Source: Podarcis erhardii
Taxonomy: Eukaryota
Length of the DNA stretch: 64,000 bases
Assembly (NCBI GenBank): GCA_964252035.1
Contig: OZ176213.1
Strand: one strand, 5' to 3'
In this document: positions 38,396 through 50,639 of the stretch, piece by piece
Layout of the letters: each line of letters starts with the position of its first letter
Position numbering within the stretch: the first letter of the stretch is position 1
The notes under the pieces: generated by a model
Seen by the model: the letters and a program-made list of their open reading frames with translations, nothing else
The model's database searches: none
Told to the model about the DNA's origin: nothing
Made by a program: the position numbers and the translations under genes

Positions 38396-38966
38396 TTTTT
38401 ATTTCCTCAGACTTTTAAAGAAGAACAATCTGAGTGAGAGACTGCTGGTGTCCTTCTACCGAGGCTCCATAGAGAGCATTCTCACATACTGTATTTGTGC
38501 CTGGTTCTCCAGCTGTACAGCTAGGAAGAGGAAGGTGCTCCAGAAGGTCATAACCACAGCCCAAAGGATTATTGGTCATCCCCTCCCATCTTTGGAAGAA
38601 CTGTACGGTTCCCGTTGTCTTAGGAAAGCAAACAATATCCTGCAGGATGCATCTCACCCGGGACACAGTCTGTTTGTACTACTGCCTTCTGGCAGGAGAT
38701 ACAGAAACATCAAGTCAAGGACAAATAGACTGAAAAATAGTTTCTATCCAAGAGCTGTGGCCTTCTTAAATGCAGTAACTCGATAGTGTGACCTGGGAGT
38801 TTGATGGGTGTGGGTGTGGGTGTGGCTGGAATGTGGTTTGTTTGGTTGTTGTTGTTGTTTTGCTTTTGTTGTTTTTAAGGGATGGCATCCAATTTCGTTG
38901 CACTTGTGCAATGTTGCACTTGTGTAATGACAATAAAGAATCTATCTATCTATCTATCTATCTATC
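38396..38966 (+). mobile_element. 5'-truncated Rex1/Babar LINE
   Basis: Open frame YFLRLLKKNNLSERLLVSFYRGSIESILTYCI...HPGHSLFVLLPSGRRYR...NSFYPRA, typical of the Rex1 RT C-terminus. AATAAA followed by a (TATC)n tail. Confidence 0.9.
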
Positions 38967-39308
38967 TAACTTCAATTCCCAACAATGAGCCTTAGTCTGT
39001 ATCTGACCGCCCTGTCACAGACAACTCCACAAAGATGGCACTTCCGGAGCCTAATTCTCACAAGGAACCCTTGACACCCCACTCCTACCCCACTCTCAAT
39101 CATGGGCGATACAGAAAGCGGGAGATGATGATGATGATGATGATGATAATTTATTTATATGCCACTCATCTGGATTCGGTTACCCCAGCCACTCTCAAGG
39201 TAACAGGGGTGATAGGTGGGATCCAGGCCAAAGGACTGGCTTCAGGGAGTCTCCACTCTTGAGGATCTGGGGGAGAGACTGAAGGAGTGGGGAGATCTGG
39301 CCCAAGAC

Positions 39309-40258
39309 CAGGGGTCCTCAAACTACGGTCCATGGGTCAGATCCGGCCCGCCAGGGTCCTAAATACAACTTGCCCAGCCATTGCAGAACCCAAAAGAGAA
39401 GAGGAAGCAGTGGAGGGGAGGGAAGGAAAGGAGGGTGTTTATGAGGCACCTGCTGCCTGCCTTAGCCCTCCCACTCCTCCTCAGCTGGGCTGCCCTCCTC
39501 CTGCGAACGGTGGTGGGGGCGTAGTGGGGCCGGACCATGCAGTGGCAGTGGAGCCTCCTTCCTGTGAGGAGAAGCAGGGGGGCTCACCTCCTCATCCCCC
39601 CTCACTTGAATGGGCAGGTGTTTTATTTTTGGGGGGTGGGGGAGGAAAGGTGAGGAGGGTTCTCCCCCCTTCCACAACCACTTCCCTCCTAACGGTCAGG
39701 AAAGGGGAGGGGGCGAGCCGGATGTTTAGGGGGGTGCTGTTGGGTGGGAGGTTGTGTGGAGCAAACACCCCCCTTCCCCAATGCTGCTCAGGCCCCCTGC
39801 TGACAAGCTGCGTGGTCTCCACTGTCAGCCCTTGACTGCCATAGCCTTGGGGTGGGATAGCAGGCATCTCTTTCCCTCCCTCTTGCTCCCACAGGAATAT
39901 CTCGCCCTTTCCCCTTCAAAGGTGTGTGTATTGAAATGGGAGTTTGTGTGTAACAGCACATTTTCGTAGCCTTCGGTGGCCTAACCCCAAAATATTATAT
40001 GCAAATGCAGGAACTTCGAGAGGGGATCCCTCTACCCCACCTCACCCCCAGCTTGGGCCTGGCTTGTTTATGTTGATTAAAATTGTTCTTCATTTTAAAT
40101 ATTGTATTGTTTTTTCCTGCTTTTTGTGCAGTACAAATAAAATACTTGCAGTGTGCATAGGAATTCGTTCGTGTTTTTTTCCAAACTATAGTCCGGCCCC
40201 CAACAGTGCCTGAGGGACAGTGAACTGGCCCCCTGTTTAAAAAGTTTGAAGACCCCAG
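39309..40258. mobile_element. Non-autonomous hAT (Charlie-group) element, about 950 bp
   Basis: TIRs CAGGGGTCCTCAAACT / AGTTTGAAGACCCCAG; degenerate 8-bp TSD CCCAAGAC / CCCTATAC. Confidence 0.8.
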
Positions 40259-40616
40259 CCCTATACAAACATAAAATGTCAGTGGAGTGCAGCATCTCCA
40301 AGCTGCCAGTTTGGAGCTGTCCCTGGTGCTGCGACTGCAGCCTGAGGCTGCTTCCTAGCCCTCAACTTGGATTCCCTCCCCCAACTTGGAGGAGCCCATT
40401 GTGCCCCATAGACTCTCCCTTGGAGCTGGGTCAGATGCCACTAGCATCCCAGTGCACTCTAGGAAAGAGTAAGGCTGGCAGCAGGCAGAGCTCTGCTCCT
40501 ATTTCTGAAGCCACCAGGAGACAGCACATCACCCCAGAAGCCTCCCTCAAGGCTGACAGTAGCTCTGGGCACAAATGCAAATCTCAAAAATTAAGATAAA
40601 CAAGGTGGGCACTGAC

Positions 40617-40718
40617 CTTTGACCTCTGATGAAAAATGTGCAAGATGACGTGTAACAAACAGTCTCAGTTGCTGATTAAGGTCACAGGAAGAGAGGTCAA
40701 TGTCCCATGAGCGAAGAC
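40617..40718 (-). CDS. MAP1A: MAP1A exon 2 (GLRSWDIDLSSCDLNQQLRLFVTRHLAHFSSEVKG)
   Basis: 102 nt, found by manual translation. Long pyrimidine tract plus caacag acceptor, donor AAAG|gtcagt; matches recalled long-isoform MAP1A N-terminus. Confidence 0.93.
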
Positions 40719-41619
40719 CTGTTGAGAGAAAGGGAGAGAGGAATGAGTTCATATGCTCTCCTGGAAGAGACCAAAGGTGTACACTATGATTCTGAGGAAC
40801 ACAGGCCTGACTTGTACCTTGGGTGAGGAAGTGGGTTCAACCACCCAGTAGGAACAAGAGTCCTTTTCTGTGCATTGGATGCTTTGCTCCTTGGATGAGA
40901 GTCCAACTCTAGTCCAAGCTTCTACTGCCTAATCACTTTCCCAAAGCCCCTGAGCATCCTGATAGCCTCAGAGTTCGCTCTTTAATCCACGTAATCTATG
41001 AGGGCTAATCACCTTCCTATCCCAGCAGGGTGCTCAGTCTGTCCTTCCAAACAGAAGTTTAGCCTCTCCAGGTAATCCATGTGGCTTCCCCATCGTGCGG
41101 TGGGAGTCACCTTCAGGTCCATGAGGTGAGTTTCTTCCACACTGTCCAGAGAATATTCCTTCATAGGGACTGTTTGCCTCAGCCAAATGGCACTATGGAA
41201 AGCTGAAGAATGGGCTTGTGTATGTCCTATTTCATTTAGCACAGATTTATACTACACTGCAGTGATGTACACTGCACTGACCAGCTTCATCAATGCTGAT
41301 CAGCTTCATCGATGTTGCCTTGCTGACCAAAGCAGTTTTAGTCCTAAAAGTAGGCCAGAAGTGAGATGAAAGAAGTCCATAACATCAGCACCATTTAGAA
41401 ATATTTGGAGCCGGGTCCTTACCACCAATTCAAGCACCTGTATCAATGAGTAAGGCTGGACACACAAAGAACTGGAAGGTACTCCAGCTCAGCCCCACTT
41501 GTCAGTCTACTGCTAAAGCATTTATGATGGGTGACCATACAACTTGCACTAAAAAATCAAGGAGAGCCTTCCAAGGCAGTCTCTTCCACCACTGAAAGCT
41601 CTTTCTAACGGTTAGTAGA

Positions 41620-42040
41620 AATCCTGTTTCCTATAATTTTAACCTATTAGTTCAGATCCTATTCTCTGGAGAAATAAATTGCTCCATTATCTATGTGACA
41701 CTCTTTAAGTATATGAACATGGTTTTGTCTCATCTCACCTCTTAATTGTCTCTTCTCCTGGCTAAACATACCCACCTCCTTCATCTTTTCCTCATAGGAT
41801 GTGGTTCCCAGGGGCCTCACCATCTTTGTTGCCCATTTCTGGGCACATTCCAGTTGGGCACTCCTTCAGCTGCTGTGCCCACCACAGCTGGACACAGGTA
41901 GGTCTAGATGAGGTCTGACCAAAGCAGAATAGGGTGCCATCATTAGTTTTGTGGTGTGGACATTTTATACATTAGTTAATGCAGTCTAGAACTGTATTGG
42001 CTTTTTTAGTTACTGCATTGGATTGCTGATTTATATTTAG
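41620..42040 (-). mobile_element. Decayed CR1 fragment
   Basis: Reverse complement resembles the CR1 ORF2 end (cttctcctggctaaacatacc...ctggacacag...ggtctgacca). Confidence 0.55.
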
Positions 42041-42729
42041 CTCATGGTGATGGTCCAAGGAAGGTTTATTTGGCAGCAGCTTCCAACAGAGCACAGAAGT
42101 GGGAAACTTTGTCTCTCCATGCATCTGTCTTGACCCTCTGGCTGCAACAACTGAAACTCATCCAAGCAAGTGCTACCAGATGCAGCCAAGGCAGCAGCCC
42201 ATATTTTTACAGTATTCAAAGCAGAACCCAATTTGAAGTTATTTGCAAGTAAATTACAGTGGACTACTGAAGATTTATGACCACAAGCTCCCTGGAGTAC
42301 CAGGGGACTGACCTGGAGCTAAAGTATTTATTTTTTCTAACGCTATTGGGCTTAATTTGTTTGAATAGACCGGGGGGGGGGGAGGGGAGAGAACACCTTT
42401 CAGTGCAATGGGGCACCCTGAATGAAATGCATTTCTTCTACCCTGGGCTATCCAGCCTCAGGTTCTGGTCAAAATTGTACACAAAATATTCCAATTTCAA
42501 TAAAGACTAAATGAACTGGGATAATAAAGAATGAAACTGGGACCACCCAAGTCAGGCTCTCTAGTGGATTGTAGTTTTTAAGGTTATTTAAAATGTACAA
42601 GACATACACACAAGAAGCAAGCATGTTCAATTTGATAATGACAGAACAATTTAAGACCAAACAATATGCACTAATTTCAGTTGCATACATTGTAATCTAC
42701 ACTCCATACAAAACAGATTTCCTCATTAT

Positions 42730-42990
42730 GGTTTTTTTAAAGTAATATTTATTACTTTTCCAACAATTTAAACACTACAGAAAAAGAAAAAGAAAAAGAA
42801 CAATACAATACAATACAATACAAAAACACTACATAACACTAACACATTAAACTAACAAAACAAAACAAAAACAGTTTAAAACACATCAAATAATTTCAGT
42901 ATCTTATCTTTCATTCACTTATTTCCACGACCTCCTCACACCTCCCTTTTTGTATTCCACTTCTGTTAATTGTTTCAGCAATTCCTTTCC
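42730..42990 (-). mobile_element. L1-like LINE 3' end fragment
   Basis: T-run tail plus TTTATT signal, followed by an (AATAC)n/A-rich 3'UTR-like sequence. Confidence 0.5.
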
Positions 42991-43149
42991 ATCTTCCTCT
43001 ATTTTCTATCCTATAATTACAGATTTCCTCATTATGTTCCCTAACATTCAGTTTATCATGGTGCTGCTGGAATGAATGAAGTGAAATAGTGGGAATCAGG
43101 AAAACGTCCCTCAAGGACCTTAAAGTCTTCCTTGAATTTAGGAGAGGAG

Positions 43150-43620
43150 CTAAAAGTTTTTTTTTTAAAAGCTATTTTTATTAAAGCTTGAAAAACAAAC
43201 AAGGAATAAACAATATAAAGAATTCAACATTAAATTTCCAGCATTTTTAAACATAAAAGCTAAAATAAATAAGTTACAGAAAAAGAAGGAAAAAAGAAAA
43301 GACTTCCAATTCTCCATCTACAGTATTAGTTTTAAAAGCTTGTGCAAAAACTTACTCCATAATAACATCCAACTCTTCTACTTTACATAAACCAACTTTT
43401 TTCAGTCTTCAAAATGTCAACAATGATTTTTCCCTAACATGTCAACTTTGCAATCTCAGCCAAATCCATTAATTTCAATAACCATTCTTTCATAGTAGGT
43501 AATAGTAAGTTCTTCTGTCTTTGTTGTGCTTATTAAAATCTCACTGCTGTGATCATATATTGTATTCCATATTCTTTTTCTAGTTGTACAGCCATTAGTC
43601 CCAGCAGGAAGAGTTCTGGT
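43150..43620 (-). mobile_element. L1-like LINE 3' fragment (decayed ORF2 C-terminus)
   Basis: Minus strand reads ...LPTMKEWLLKLMDLAEIAKLT, homologous to the 62 kb copy; T-run tail at 43157. Confidence 0.65.
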
Positions 43621-43752
43621 TTCAGGTGAACAAGAGGAGCAAATACTGTAGTTCTGAATAGGTGTCAGAGGTCAGTAATGGATTGGATGGGGGCTTATAT
43701 ACTATGTGAGTCCAGGCAAGGCAGAACTGCTGTGGAGAGGAATTTCATCTAA

Positions 43753-44328
43753 GCCAGAATGGTATAGACGTTAGAGTGTCAGAGTAGGACCTGGAAGACC
43801 AGGGTTCAAATCCCCAATTGGCCATGATGCTCACTGGGTAACCAGGGGTCATCACTGCTTCTCAACTTAACCTATCTCACAAGGCTGTTGTGGGAATTAA
43901 ATGAAGAAGGAGGGGTATGATTTAAAAGGTAACGGTAAAGGTACCCCTGCCCGTACGGGCCAGTCGTGACCGACTCTGGGGTTGCGTGCTCATCTCGCTT
44001 AAGAGGCTGGGAGCCAGCGCTGTCCGAAGACACTTCTGGGTCACGTGGCCAGCGTGACGAAGCTGCTCTGGCGAGCCAGCACCAGCGCAGCGCACGGAAA
44101 CGCCGTTTACCTTCCCTCTATAAAGCGGTACCTATTTATCTACTTCCACTTAGGGGTGCTTTCGAACTGCTAGGTGGGCAGGAGCTGGGACCGAACGATC
44201 GGCAAGTCCTAGGCACTGAGGTTTTACCCACAGCGCCACCTGCGTCCCTGGGGTATGATGTACACCCCTCAAACTCCATGGAGGAAATGGAGAGTTATAA
44301 ATGCAATAAATTAATAAACAAATAAAAA
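43753..44328 (+). mobile_element. Squam3-type tRNA-derived SINE, interrupted by a Sauria SINE
   Basis: A-box-like GGTATAGACGTTAG, B-box GGTTCAAATCC 43803-43813, recalled body ACCTATCTCACAAGGCTGTTGTG. Resumes after 44250 and ends in a TAAA-rich tail. Confidence 0.75.
43925..44248 (-). mobile_element. Sauria SINE (lacertid subfamily) with internal deletion; TSD GGGGTATGAT
   Basis: Head GGGACGCAGGTGGCGCTGTGGGTAAAACC, (ACCTTT)-type tail. TSD at 43912-43921 and 44250-44259. Confidence 0.92.
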
Positions 44329-46479
44329 ATCCTTCTAATAGTTTGGATATCCTGGGGCATCTGCATCATCAGACTAGTCAGGTTCACTAGCTGTGACCCC
44401 TTGCCACTATTGCCCATCTATCTTTAGATTATATTTGAAGACAATGCAGAAATGTAAAATGCTGCAGTTTAGGTTACTGCTTGGTACTAGTAATGAGGAA
44501 CACACCATTATGTTCAAAAATAGCTCCAGATTTTCTATTTCCCCAGGTAAACTGCTAGTCTTAACCTTTAAAATCATTTATGCCTTAGAGCCTTGGTGTC
44601 TGGAAGACCACCCACTCCTATGCAAACCTTCCTCTGCCTATAGAAGCAAGGCAGGTGGTAGCTGGAGAGATTATGTCCCATCACTGCAATGCCCTCCATA
44701 TACAGCTGCTCCACACGTTTGCTAAGTTTTCAGTGCCAGATAAAGACTGTTTCATTTGTAGGAGCTTTTCATGAGCAACATTTTAATTTTATTTGCTGAA
44801 TTGTGTACAGCCTGTTTTATCTTCCTTGTTATGCTGTCCAACTTATTTTATTTCCACTGATCTTTTGAGTTAAAAAATAATAATAATGTGTTATTCCATT
44901 TACAGTACATTGTGCTCTGTTTTACCAGCATTGTGCATTGCTTTAGAAATTATTTAAATTTAAAAACAAGAGATATGCATTTTTGAAATTAAATAAGAAT
45001 AAAGCAATGCCCTTCCAGACTTACAAAGACAGCCCCTCTCCAAAAACCCTGCAGTGTAAGACTGCTTTAAAAGGATTCAGCCAACCACAGGGGAGGAAAA
45101 TAAAAGAAAAGGAGGTGATTTCCATGTGTCCAAAGGAGGAGTCAACCACAGTGGCAATTCCTCTTTCATTCCCTTGAAATGACCCATTCACATTGTCAAG
45201 GTGCTACAAATATCACCCTAAGGAGAGACGAGAGGGCTGCCTTTACTCCATTCCTGGAGAATGCCAGGTAAGAAAAGAGCCCTCACCTACTTCCTGCTCA
45301 CTAAAGAGGCACTTTCATGCTGCTCCTGCTTCACACTCACTGCAGAGAGAAAGTCCAGGAACTAGCAGGAAAGAAAGCTGCACTGCAGCACCAACTACAC
45401 ACCACAGCAGCAGCAGCCGCAGCAGCAACAGCAGCAGCCACTACCTGCCTCTTGCCAGTTTGCTTCCATCTGCTCCCCTTACGTGCAGCAAGAAAGATGT
45501 GGGTTTCCCATAAGTTGCTGAAAATCAGAGCTGCAACTAGGAGGTCCTTGAATAGCACTGCAGTGTCAATCCCATGACACTGATTTGCATTCTTGGGGGA
45601 GGGCCAATATGGGACATTTTGCTGGCAGCAGCTGGGCAAGCACCAGCCACACCCTCCAGGCTGCAGAGAAGGGGAACCTTCCTCACTTACCTGGATACAT
45701 GGTCAGTGGGTTTGCATGCCTTTCCGCCCTGCCAGGCTGGAGTTCCTGAGGAGAGAGGGCATTAAGGGTTCCACCCCATCTGTAAAGCCTTATTGGGAGT
45801 GCACTTATTGTCTCATTCCTTATGCCCTTTGCAGGAATGATTACAGTATATGCTTTGTATTTGTTTACTCCTAGCTTTATACTCCATCATTCCCACCAGT
45901 TCAAGCAGCAGCAGCATTGTGCCAGATAAAAATACAACTACAAGTCAGTTTTCTTAAGAAAAAGTCATACCAGACGAACTTCATCTACCTCCCTGTTTTT
46001 ACAGCTAACTTGATAGAACAGGGGGGTGGTACAAGATGTAGTTTAGCTTGTTTTCAGCAAGGCTTCCAACAAGCTCCTCCACAATATTCTTGTTGACAAG
46101 CTGCTAAAATGTGTGATAGACTAAGCTTGGGGACTCTCAGATTCAGGGACAGAATAGAGACTTCCAGAACTCCTTATCCAACTCTTTAGACTTTCCCCAA
46201 GCCAAAACCCTCAAGAGCTCTGGATCCAGTTCCTCCTATAGGGCTTTTGCCTGGCTGAAATGTGCCCTTGAATTGTGTCAGTGGATGGAGAAGGGTGTGT
46301 GGGGAAATCATTGGCTTGATTGTGGCAGGGCTGTAGTCTATTGTACTAAGAAGAGTCACATCTGTTGCTCATTTTGCTTCTAGTCCTGCCCACCTTTGGC
46401 AAACAGTTCCCAGAATGCTGCCTATGAAGGTTCCCCACCCCCACATGAAAGACACTGCTACTGTTAGGCAGATGTGTAG

Positions 46480-46880
46480 CTAGTGGCTCAACAACTTTGT
46501 ATAAAAGACTTGGACACAAAAAGTAGAGAAAATGTTCATCAAATCAGTAGATAACACCAAACCAACAAAATTCAAGGTGAGTCTAGCACGATGAAGAACT
46601 GGACCAAAGTAACAAATTTAATTTCAACACAGATAAAGGCAACATTATGCATTTAGGTAGGAAAATCAAGACACACAAGTGCAGGATGGAAAGCACCTGG
46701 CTTGACAGTAGAGCCAGGTTTCTTAGCACACCATGAGCTAAAAATGAGACAGCAATGTGATGCCGCTACTAAAAAGGCTAATACAATTCTAGGCTACAAC
46801 GGAAACATAGTGTCTTGATCACGAGAAGCTATGGGACCGCTAAATTCTGCTTTGGTCAGTCCTGTACTACTGTGCACTGC
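46480..46880 (+). mobile_element. Decayed CR1 RT fragment
   Basis: Degenerate MFIKxxDxT...FNxDKxxxMHLGRKN...MSQQCDAAxKKANxILG motifs. Confidence 0.7.
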
Positions 46881-46949
46881 AGCAGTTTAAGAAGAAAGGA
46901 CTAATAGACGAAAACGATGACAGTTCCCGGGCTCTCCCATAGATGACAG

Positions 46950-48100
46950 AGCAAATTTGTCTTCAGTTACTCCCGAACCGGCAAGATCAAAATAGCAAGA
47001 AGACTGACCGCCAGGTGGATCTTCCAGGGAGCGGCGCTTCGGGGGCTCCTGCCCAGGCGGCAGCGGACAAGGAGAAGGGTCTGGCCAGAAGAAGCCGCCC
47101 CGCTCTGGGCAGGTCCAGCGGCGGCGGCTGGGCCTGGCGACCCGCTTATCCTTCCTCCTCTTGGCGGCCAGTGTCCCGCCCCCTCCCCGCCACGGACTCT
47201 CCCAACGGCGGCGACACGGCAGGCCCTCTCCAGGGTGCTGAACGCGCAGGCGGCGGCGGCTTCCGGCAGGCCTCCCCATCTCCCTCCCTCCTCCCTCCGC
47301 CCGTCCTTACCGCGCTCGAGGCTCCGGCGCAGCGTTTCCCGCTCTTGCTCGGTGCCGACCTCGCCGATCACGGCAAGCACCGCGTGGCCCCGCCGCTGCC
47401 TCCCCCGCCTCCCGCTGCCGGGCGCCGCCGGCGTCTCCATGGTGACAGGCCCGGCCGCCGGCGTCCCCATAGCAACTGGTTCCCAACTCCGCAGATGCCG
47501 CAGCAGCCTCCTGCGCGCGCCTCTTAAGGGGAGAGCCGGCCGCGCGCGGATTGGCTCCTCAGAACGCACGTGCCCCACGAGGCGCTGGGGCGGGGATTCC
47601 CGTGGCCCCGCCCCCGAGGGCGTCCCCGCCCACCTACCTAGGCGTGCTTATAATAAGCAGGGCGTGGGCGGAGTCACAGAAGGGGCGGGGCTCTTTCCAC
47701 TCCCCGCGTCGAACGGGCTGGGAGGGGCGGGGCGGAATTTCATCTTCCTTCTCCTCTCCTGGAGAGATATACACGCTTCTTCCAGGACCCGAGGCGATCC
47801 CAGCCGCTGTCCTGCAGCCCAACAGGCGCTTATCTCTGTTAGTGGAGCCACCTCCCCTACGCGCCAGGGTTTGATCCAGCTTTTGCTCCTGCTGCTGGGC
47901 TCCGGTGATGTACCCCCAGCCGGCACCGAGGAATGAGGGCGACCCTTCCCTCTTTTATTAGGTGGGGCAAGGGAGAGCGAACCCCTTTGCCTGCCGCGAG
48001 AAGGCGATCCCTCCCCGCCGGCCCGAGGTCTGCCCCCCCCCCCAGTCAGGCCAGCGGCCTCCAAACGAGCGGAGGTGGGGAAGTTGCCTTGGCCCCCAGC
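46950..48100 (-). promoter_or_regulatory. MAP1A: MAP1A major promoter / CpG island
   Basis: High CpG density. CCAAT box (ATTGG 47550-47554), E-box CACGTG 47567-47572, GC boxes 47587-47595, 47606-47614 and 47682-47690; TTAAGA TATA-like near 47525. Confidence 0.8.
47311..47470 (-). CDS. MAP1A: MAP1A exon 1 coding part, long isoform (MGTPAAGPVTMETPAAP...HAVLAVIGEVGTEQERETLRRSLER)
   Basis: Homologous to recalled VAMET...LLIVIGDIGTESQLRAVRAHLEQG. Donor CGCG|gtaagg, phase 1. Second in-frame ATG at 47440. Confidence 0.88.
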
Positions 48101-48915
48101 TGCAGCGCCTGTCTACAATGCAGAGTGAGGGGCAGGGCCCCTGCAATGCTGGTGACCCTATAGCCCTCCTCCCTCAGAAGGGCAGCCCTGCCAGCCAGTT
48201 CCCCGACCTTCCTCTTTTACCTCCACGCTGGCAGCTGGTGTCCATCCCCAAGGGGCTGCAGGTTCTTGGCAGGGCAGAAGGTGGTGCTGAGCATTGAGGG
48301 CTTCTTAGCTTAGAAAGAAGAAAGGCAGCAGATGAGTGACAGATAATTATACATGGTATGGAGAAAGGGAACAGCTGCCCTTTGCCTTCTTTCAAAATAC
48401 TAGATCCTAGGGACATACAGTGAAGCTGAGCATTGGAAGATTAAGGTCAGACAAAAGGAAGAATTTTTCACATGGCACATAGTTAAATGATGGAATTCAT
48501 TTCCACAACAATAATTTAATTTAAAAAATATTATTTATATGCCACCCATCTGACTGGGTTGCCCCAGCCACTCTGGGCAGTTTCTAGAAAATTATAAAAC
48601 CACAGTAAAACATCGCACACTATAGGTGTGGCGATGGACCAGAACTCAGATGCCTTTGAAAGGAAATAAGAAAATAAGAAAATATGGAAGACAATCACCT
48701 TGTGTTTTGCCTGTTGTCGGACACTCCTTGGGGCACCTGATGGGCCACTGTGGGAAATCAGATGCTGGACCAAACGAGACCTCAACAGGGCACTTCCTAG
48801 CTCTTTTTCTTCAAAGAACCTGAAGTGGGCTGCTAATTTAAGCAGGGAAACAGCACTGAGGGGAAAGCTTTTAATTCTCTCCCCCTGGCCTTTCCTCAAT
48901 TGTAAGAATATTCCT

Positions 48916-49058
48916 AATAATAATAATAATAATAATTTATTATTTGTACCCCGCCCATCCGGCTGGGTTTCCCCAGCCACTTTGGGCAGCTTCCAACAAA
49001 GATTAAAAATACATTAAAATGTCACACATTAAAAACTTCCCTGAACAGGGCTGCCTTA
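48916..49058 (-). mobile_element. L2-type LINE 3' end with (TTA)n tail (related copies near 48530-48700 and 39145-39210)
   Basis: accccgcccatccggctgggtttccccagccact...aaacttccctgaacagggctgcctt, a recalled common lacertid element, with an (AAT)n tail. Confidence 0.7.
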
Positions 49059-50639
49059 TGCTGGCATATACACCACTAGAGAGGAGGGTAAATACAAGCA
49101 CCTGTTGCCCCACACCTTTTGCCAGAGGGAGACGACTTGGGACAGGTACAAATAGCATATGTCCGCCAGTGCAATTTCAGTCAATGTGGCAACTATTATG
49201 AAGAAAATAAAAGACACCAGGTGATCAGATTTTACACCTCCCACTTCCCATCTTTGTTGTAAAACAAGGAAGCAAAGGAAGGGACAGCAATAGAACTTGC
49301 AGGACCAAGGACAGTTCCCAACAGCAAAGAACTTGCTCCAAATGGTTTCAAGAGCTAAGTACTCCTGATTTTCCATCTCCCAATCTTATTGCCTTTCTCA
49401 GTCTTTTAGACAGTCCATATCTATATAGTATCTTTACTGCTATATCCTAGTTTGTTATTAACCAATAAATTATGTTCTGTATCAGGGCACCCAGCTCCTC
49501 TGGATGGATGACCATGGGGCCTCTGGTGTTCCCTTGTGATCAGTGTCTGATCAATGCATCAGACCAAAGACAAGACAGGGGCCTCCAGTTATAGATTATC
49601 TATCTGGTATTGATCCAGGATTAAATCCCTTTTCAGGGAGCTGGAGTACAGCATCATATGAAGGGGCAGAGGTTGTCCACCTCTGGTGGTATGAGGAGTC
49701 TCAAACTTGGCCTGAGCTCCTTAGAGAAAAAGAGGAGAGGAAGGAAATAATGTGAAATAAGTAAAAATCCACAAATGTCCATATATCTCTATCTCTCTCT
49801 ATCTATTTGACAGTCACAGTTCAAGAATCTCCATTCCTGCAGTGTGTAAGTTACTAACTGGAATACACTGAGGCTAGACCAATTAAGGCTGTGCTCATGT
49901 GGACATTTACCTGCACGCAGGTTCCACTGATTTTAGTGGGTTTCAAAGTAAACATGCCTTTTATCAGGCTGTATTTATTCAACAAATCTCTTTCTCTTAC
50001 CCAACAAAACTCCTTAGTGAGCAAACAAAATGTGATTGAACTGGAATTCAGCAGCAATTGAATAGGAGCCTAACTATATTTCTTCCAAAATCTAACTGCT
50101 TCAATTTTAATTGGAAAAACAAATGCTTTTTCTTCAAAGTAATTATTTATGGCAAAGTAATTATTTATGGCAATGTACAAAGACCAGTATTTCCTGTTAT
50201 ACCTATCATGCAGGACCTGGTTCCAGAGCCATCTCTTTCTCTTCCAGGAGTAAATGGCATCATAGAGAATTGATGCTTAGAAGGAAGGCAGTTCCTGCCC
50301 AGCTCTGCCTCTTTTAGTTTTGGAATACCAGCATTTATTGCAGGAGAAACCAACTATAGAACAAAAATGTCATCTCTTAACAGGTAAAGAACATTCTGTT
50401 TATTTTAAGAAACAGACTAACTTTTCTTCTTTCTCCTTCAGGTGTTTTGTTTAAAGGGAACAGGCTGCAAACTGGTCTCCGGAGCAGGGTGGGCAAGGCT
50501 TCTTCCTAGGATGCAAAACACATCTCTGATGACAAAACCAGACATAGCCCTTTTCCTCCCCGTGTAGCACCTCAGCACTTTAAAATGTGACACAGTAGGG
50601 AGGGGCAATCATCTGGTCCCTCTGGCTCAGAAACAGGCA

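Noticed and set aside
41009-41242. 77-aa ORF as a possible MAP1A exon 2 or LINE endonuclease
   Set aside because: The true exon 2 is at 40617-40718, and any LINE similarity is too weak to call.
43753-43830. tRNA gene
   Set aside because: A/B boxes belong to a SINE head followed by SINE body and tail; no complete cloverleaf.
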